The notes under the pieces are model-generated. The model did no database searches. It was not told the DNA's origin and saw only the letters and a list, made by a program, of their open reading frames with translations. The translations under genes were made by a program, and so were the position numbers. Source: Desulfotalea psychrophila LSv54 (GTDB lineage: Bacteria; Desulfobacterota; Desulfobulbia; Desulfobulbales; Desulfocapsaceae). Taken from it: a stretch of 32,000 nt of DNA. Positions 28,481 to 32,000 of this stretch are shown in pieces. Within the stretch, counting starts at the first letter, position 1; every line of letters begins with the position of its first letter. The stretch spans positions 1-32,000 of the forward strand of contig NC_006138.1 of assembly GCF_000025945.1 (NCBI RefSeq), read 5' to 3'.

Positions 28481-29657
28481 CCTTTTTCTCTGCCCTCTGC
28501 AAAACCTCCCGAACAATAACACAAGTCTTTTCAATCTCAGCCTCAGTCAAGGTCGGATGGACCAAAAACATCAAACTGGTCTGACCAAGTTCACGGGCAT
28601 TGGCAAGGGGAACTTCGGGTCGCCAACCAGTACCGTCAAAGGCCTTCTCCCGATAGACCTCAGAACAACTACCCTGAAAGCAGGGTACTCCACGGGCAAC
28701 AATCTCTTCGACAATACGATCACGGCTCCAGCCAGAAGCCAGGTCGTCAGGACAAACAAAGAGGTAATGTTTATAACAGGCATGCACACAATCCTCCGGC
28801 ACCTCGACTCGACGTACGACAGACAGATCTGCTACGACATCATCAATGGCATGGGCATTCATCCTCCGAGCGGCTGTCCACTGCTCCATACGGTGCAATT
28901 GAATGCGACCAATGGTGGCCTGCATCTCGGTCATGCGCCAATTGGTGCCAAAGCTCTCGTGCAACCAACGAAATCCTGGTGGATGCTCCTTTTCATATAC
29001 AGCCTCATAGCTTTTTCCATGATCCTTATAACTCCACATTTTGGACCATAGTTCTCGATCATTGGTGGTCACCATCCCACCCTCACCACCGGTGCTCATG
29101 ATCTTGTCCTGACAAAATGACCAGGCTCCAATATGACCAATGGTACCCACACTACGCCCCTTATATCGAGCGCCATGGGCCTGGGCACAATCCTCCACGA
29201 CATAGAGACTATGGGCTTTCGCAAGTTCCATAATGGCATCCATCTCTGCAGGCATACCTGCTAGATGGACCACAATAATCGCCTTGGTCTTCTTGGTAAT
29301 ATGCAGTTCAATTGTTTCTGCACAGATATTCTGACTATTTCGATCAAGATCTGCGAAAACCGGGACAGCACCGGCAGTAACAATGGATGAGGCCGTTGCC
29401 AGAAAAGTTCGGGAGGTGGTTATCACCTCATCGCCCTTTCCTATACCAAGGGCCTTTAGGGCTAGATCAAGAGCAAGGGTACCATTACCAAGGGCCACAG
29501 CATGGGAACAGCCAGCCCACCGAGCAAATTCCTGCTCAAAAAGGCGGCACTCCTGCCCAGTCCAATAATTTACTTTATTAGAGAGAAGTACACGGGAAAC
29601 AGCATCGGCCTCTTCTTGAGAGAAAGAGGGCCAGGGAGAAAAGGAGGCATTTGACAC
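28476..29657 (-). CDS. DegT/DnrJ/EryC1/StrS family PLP-dependent aminotransferase
   Basis: NKVNYWTGQECRLFEQEFARWAG...ALGNGTLALDLALKALGIGKGDEVITTSRTF...VVEDCAQAHGARYKG...DKIMSTGGEGGM. The TAA stop lies inside a dispersed-repeat copy. Confidence 0.95.
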   Translation of the reverse strand: MSNASFSPWPSFSQEEADAVSRVLLSNKVNYWTGQECRLFEQEFARWAGCSHAVALGNGTLALDLALKALGIGKGDEVITTSRTFLATASSIVTAGAVPVFADLDRNSQNICAETIELHITKKTKAIIVVHLAGMPAEMDAIMELAKAHSLYVVEDCAQAHGARYKGRSVGTIGHIGAWSFCQDKIMSTGGEGGMVTTNDRELWSKMWSYKDHGKSYEAVYEKEHPPGFRWLHESFGTNWRMTEMQATIGRIQLHRMEQWTAARRMNAHAIDDVVADLSVVRRVEVPEDCVHACYKHYLFVCPDDLASGWSRDRIVEEIVARGVPCFQGSCSEVYREKAFDGTGWRPEVPLANARELGQTSLMFLVHPTLTEAEIEKTCVIVREVLQRAEKKG

Positions 29658-29679
29658 GGAAATATCCTAAATAAGAGAG

Positions 29680-30300
29680 TTACAAAAGAGGTCGGGCTGG
29701 CACACCAGCTACAACAGAGTTATCAGCAATATCGGCAAGAACCACCGATCCTGCCCCAACCATAACATGAGCACCAATATTCACTAACTGCTTCACAGAG
29801 GAACCGATTCCCAACCAAGAGGCAACACCGACACAAACACCACCTGCCAAGGCTACCTGCGGGCTTAGGTGAACCGCATCTGCTAGTTGACAATCATGCT
29901 CTACAATAGCCCCTGTATTGACAATACAGGCATCACCAATCTGAGCAAAAGGATTCAAGATTGCCCCAGCCATAACCACAGTCCCCACGCCCAAGATCGC
30001 ATAAGGACTCACCACAGCACGAGGGTGTACCAAGCTAACAAGATCAGCTTCCACAGACATCAAAACTTTTTGCTTTTGATAACGAATGATATTATCGCCA
30101 ATAGCCACCACACAACCTTGATATTGAGCAAGGGACCCAATAAGATCGGCACTGTCTCCAACAATTTGCCAGGGGCCTAGGCTACTCTTTTGCGGCCATG
30201 CATCATCAAAAAATACAACATCATCCCAACCGGAGCAGAGGGCAATATCGGCAACGACCTTCCCATGCCCACTCGCCCCTAATATGGCTAATTTTTTCAT
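29680..30300 (-). CDS. PglD/NeuD-type sugar O/N-acetyltransferase
   Basis: KKLAILGASGHGKVVADIALCSGWDDVVFFDD plus C-terminal hexapeptide repeats. 4-bp overlap with the upstream gene. Confidence 0.9.
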   Translation of the reverse strand: MKKLAILGASGHGKVVADIALCSGWDDVVFFDDAWPQKSSLGPWQIVGDSADLIGSLAQYQGCVVAIGDNIIRYQKQKVLMSVEADLVSLVHPRAVVSPYAILGVGTVVMAGAILNPFAQIGDACIVNTGAIVEHDCQLADAVHLSPQVALAGGVCVGVASWLGIGSSVKQLVNIGAHVMVGAGSVVLADIADNSVVAGVPARPLL

Positions 30301-30893
30301 CTCTTTGAGCCTTGAAATTTTGTCATTGTCTCACAACCACCGCCACTGATCCCTTCCCGGACAAACACCTTCTTTACCGTCAAAAGCAGTATTTTGATAT
30401 CAAGCCATAGTGACTGATTATCCACATACCAGACATCAAGCTGAAACTTTTCTTCCCAAGAGATAGCATTACGACCATTTATCTGCGCCCAGCCGCTTAC
30501 CCCTGGACGCACCTCATGACGTCGCCTCTGCTCATCGGTATACAGCGGGAGATATTCCACAAGCAGAGGGCGTGGACCAACCAAGCTCATATCCCCCTTC
30601 AAGACATTCCACAGGCCCGGTAACTCATCCAGGCTTGTGGAGCGCAACCTCTTACCAAAAGAGGTCAAACGCTCCTCATCAGCCAAAGGCCTACCGCTCC
30701 CATCAAAGGCATCTCGCATGGTGCGAAACTTCACCATAGTAAAGAGATTACCATCTTTCCCTGGACGGACCTGACGAAACAATACTGGAGAACCCAGCTT
30801 TTTTCGAATCTGCCAGGCAACAACAATAATCATAGGCAATAAAAAAAATAGCCCTGTACCTGAAGCAATAATATCAAATATTCTTTTAATCAC
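30297..30893 (-). CDS. PglC-like undecaprenyl-phosphate sugar phosphotransferase
   Basis: IKRIFDIIASGTGLFFLLPMII...GSPVLFRQVRPGKDGNLFTMVKFRTM...RSTSLDELPGLWNVLKGDMSLVGPRPLL...GVSGWAQINGRNAISWEEKFQLDVWYV. Confidence 0.95.
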   Translation of the reverse strand: MIKRIFDIIASGTGLFFLLPMIIVVAWQIRKKLGSPVLFRQVRPGKDGNLFTMVKFRTMRDAFDGSGRPLADEERLTSFGKRLRSTSLDELPGLWNVLKGDMSLVGPRPLLVEYLPLYTDEQRRRHEVRPGVSGWAQINGRNAISWEEKFQLDVWYVDNQSLWLDIKILLLTVKKVFVREGISGGGCETMTKFQGSKR

Positions 30894-32000
30894 TCTATTC
30901 CCATTTCAGAAAGCATATGTGCATTTACCTTATGCACATCATATTTTTCTTCCGCGATTCTGCGCGACTCTGCACCCATCTCAGCAACCAATTCCGGATT
31001 TTCAATAAACTTCTGCATCACATCAACAAGAGCAGCCACAGACTTAACCGACACTAAATAACCATTTAAGCCATCGATAACTGTTTCACGGCAACCAGGG
31101 GCATCTGTAGTAATCACCGCTCGCCCCATAGCCATGGCCTCTAGCACGGTTCTGGGGGTACCCTCCCGGTAAGACGGTAGCACATACACACCGCAACCAG
31201 CAATGGCCGGCCGGACATCATCAAGTTTACCTAAATACTCCACAGTGCCTGCGGCAACCCAATCATCTAACTCCTGCCGTTTAATTGCATCCGGATTGTC
31301 ATCTATCCACCCCACGAGTTGAAATTGCGCCTGAGGATATATAATCTTTACTTGCACTGCCGCCTGGACATATTCGCGTACGCCTTTATCACCTAGCAAC
31401 CGGGCAATCAATAAAAAATGCGGTGATTTCGGCAAAAGAACTTGTTGGTACTCTGCCACATCCACTCCCGAGCCATTGACAATGCGGGACGCCACTTTGG
31501 CAGAAAGAATACCGAGCTTACGAAACAGCTCTTCATCATCTGGATTCTGAAAAAAGACCTTGTCCACCCTACCTAGGGCAAAGCGATATAACCGTTGGAT
31601 AAGCGTCTTAAGCAGCCCTCTCTTACCGCCGGCTTGGCCGGTAAATGCGTAACCAAGGCCAGTGATCAGCGCAAAACGGCGCGGCACTCTGGCCAACCAA
31701 GCGGCAAGACTGCCGTAAACAACAGGCTTGATGGTATAACCCAGCACAAATCTCGGCTTTATCTTTATCATCAACCGGTACAGTTCTAGTATAGTGCTAA
31801 GGTCTGCCACCGGATTCACACCGGTTCGCTGCAATCCAATAACATGCACACTTACCCCTTTGCCAGTAAGCGCCTGATGGATGGCATCACCCTCGGCCAG
31901 ATTTGGTACAGCAACATGCACCTCCAAACGCCTGGCCAACAGAGCGTCAATCAAAGGGCCGCGGAATTTAATCAACGAATCGGGAAAACTGGCAATCAGT
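30890..32000 (-). CDS. Glycosyltransferase family 4 (PglA-like), 5' end beyond the window edge
   Basis: The frame stays open through 32000 (LIASFPDSLIKFRGPLIDALLARRL), so the TTG at 31975 is probably not the start. YVLPSYREGTPRTVLEAMAMGRAVITTDAPGCRETV. Confidence 0.93.
   Translation of the reverse strand, partial: LIASFPDSLIKFRGPLIDALLARRLEVHVAVPNLAEGDAIHQALTGKGVSVHVIGLQRTGVNPVADLSTILELYRLMIKIKPRFVLGYTIKPVVYGSLAAWLARVPRRFALITGLGYAFTGQAGGKRGLLKTLIQRLYRFALGRVDKVFFQNPDDEELFRKLGILSAKVASRIVNGSGVDVAEYQQVLLPKSPHFLLIARLLGDKGVREYVQAAVQVKIIYPQAQFQLVGWIDDNPDAIKRQELDDWVAAGTVEYLGKLDDVRPAIAGCGVYVLPSYREGTPRTVLEAMAMGRAVITTDAPGCRETVIDGLNGYLVSVKSVAALVDVMQKFIENPELVAEMGAESRRIAEEKYDVHKVNAHMLSEMGIE

Noticed and set aside
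28263-29051. 262-aa plus-strand ORF overlapping the aminotransferase
   Set aside because: Its N-terminal part is family B low-complexity sequence and the rest is antisense to a conserved CDS.
31595-31789. 64-aa plus-strand ORF antisense to the GT4 gene
   Set aside because: Short shadow ORF with no supporting signal.

Overview
This 32-kb window looks like the chromosome of a Desulfobulbales-type deltaproteobacterium. That organism guess is an inference from gene content and I could not verify it. The left part (about 0-10 kb) holds mostly housekeeping genes: a SAM methyltransferase, an RNase H-like exonuclease, an MBL-fold hydrolase, an HDOD protein, a eukaryotic-type hisA, a RecA/KaiC-like ATPase, an EF-G of the mitochondrial/spd type, and an uncharacterised protein with RelA/SpoT-like sequence features. 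The right part (about 11-32 kb) is a surface-polysaccharide region: GT2, ugd, a frameshifted GT10 fucosyltransferase, an acyltransferase-3/SGNH protein, an uncharacterised polysaccharide gene, a hexapeptide acetyltransferase, an O-antigen ligase/polymerase, galU, fcl, gmd, galE, and a PglE/D/C/A-like module. The most striking content is intergenic. More than 30 copies of a roughly 45-50 bp repeat (GTTAACCAC-N-ACACAGAG-N-TTTTAGGTAAA) are packed into patches between genes. In all six patches that contain both orientations, plus-oriented copies come first and minus-oriented copies last, so GTTAACCAC faces outward at both patch ends. This holds regardless of flanking gene strand. A second repeat family, a 40-copy perfect heptamer array (GATACGA)n next to the O-antigen ligase start codon, a three-unit ~185-bp composite tandem array, and two small PD-(D/E)XK-like ORFs (DUF559 and GxxExxY) lie in the same patches. 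The DUF559 gene is bracketed by its own ~40-bp inverted repeat. No rRNA, tRNA, CRISPR array or intact transposase was recognised.
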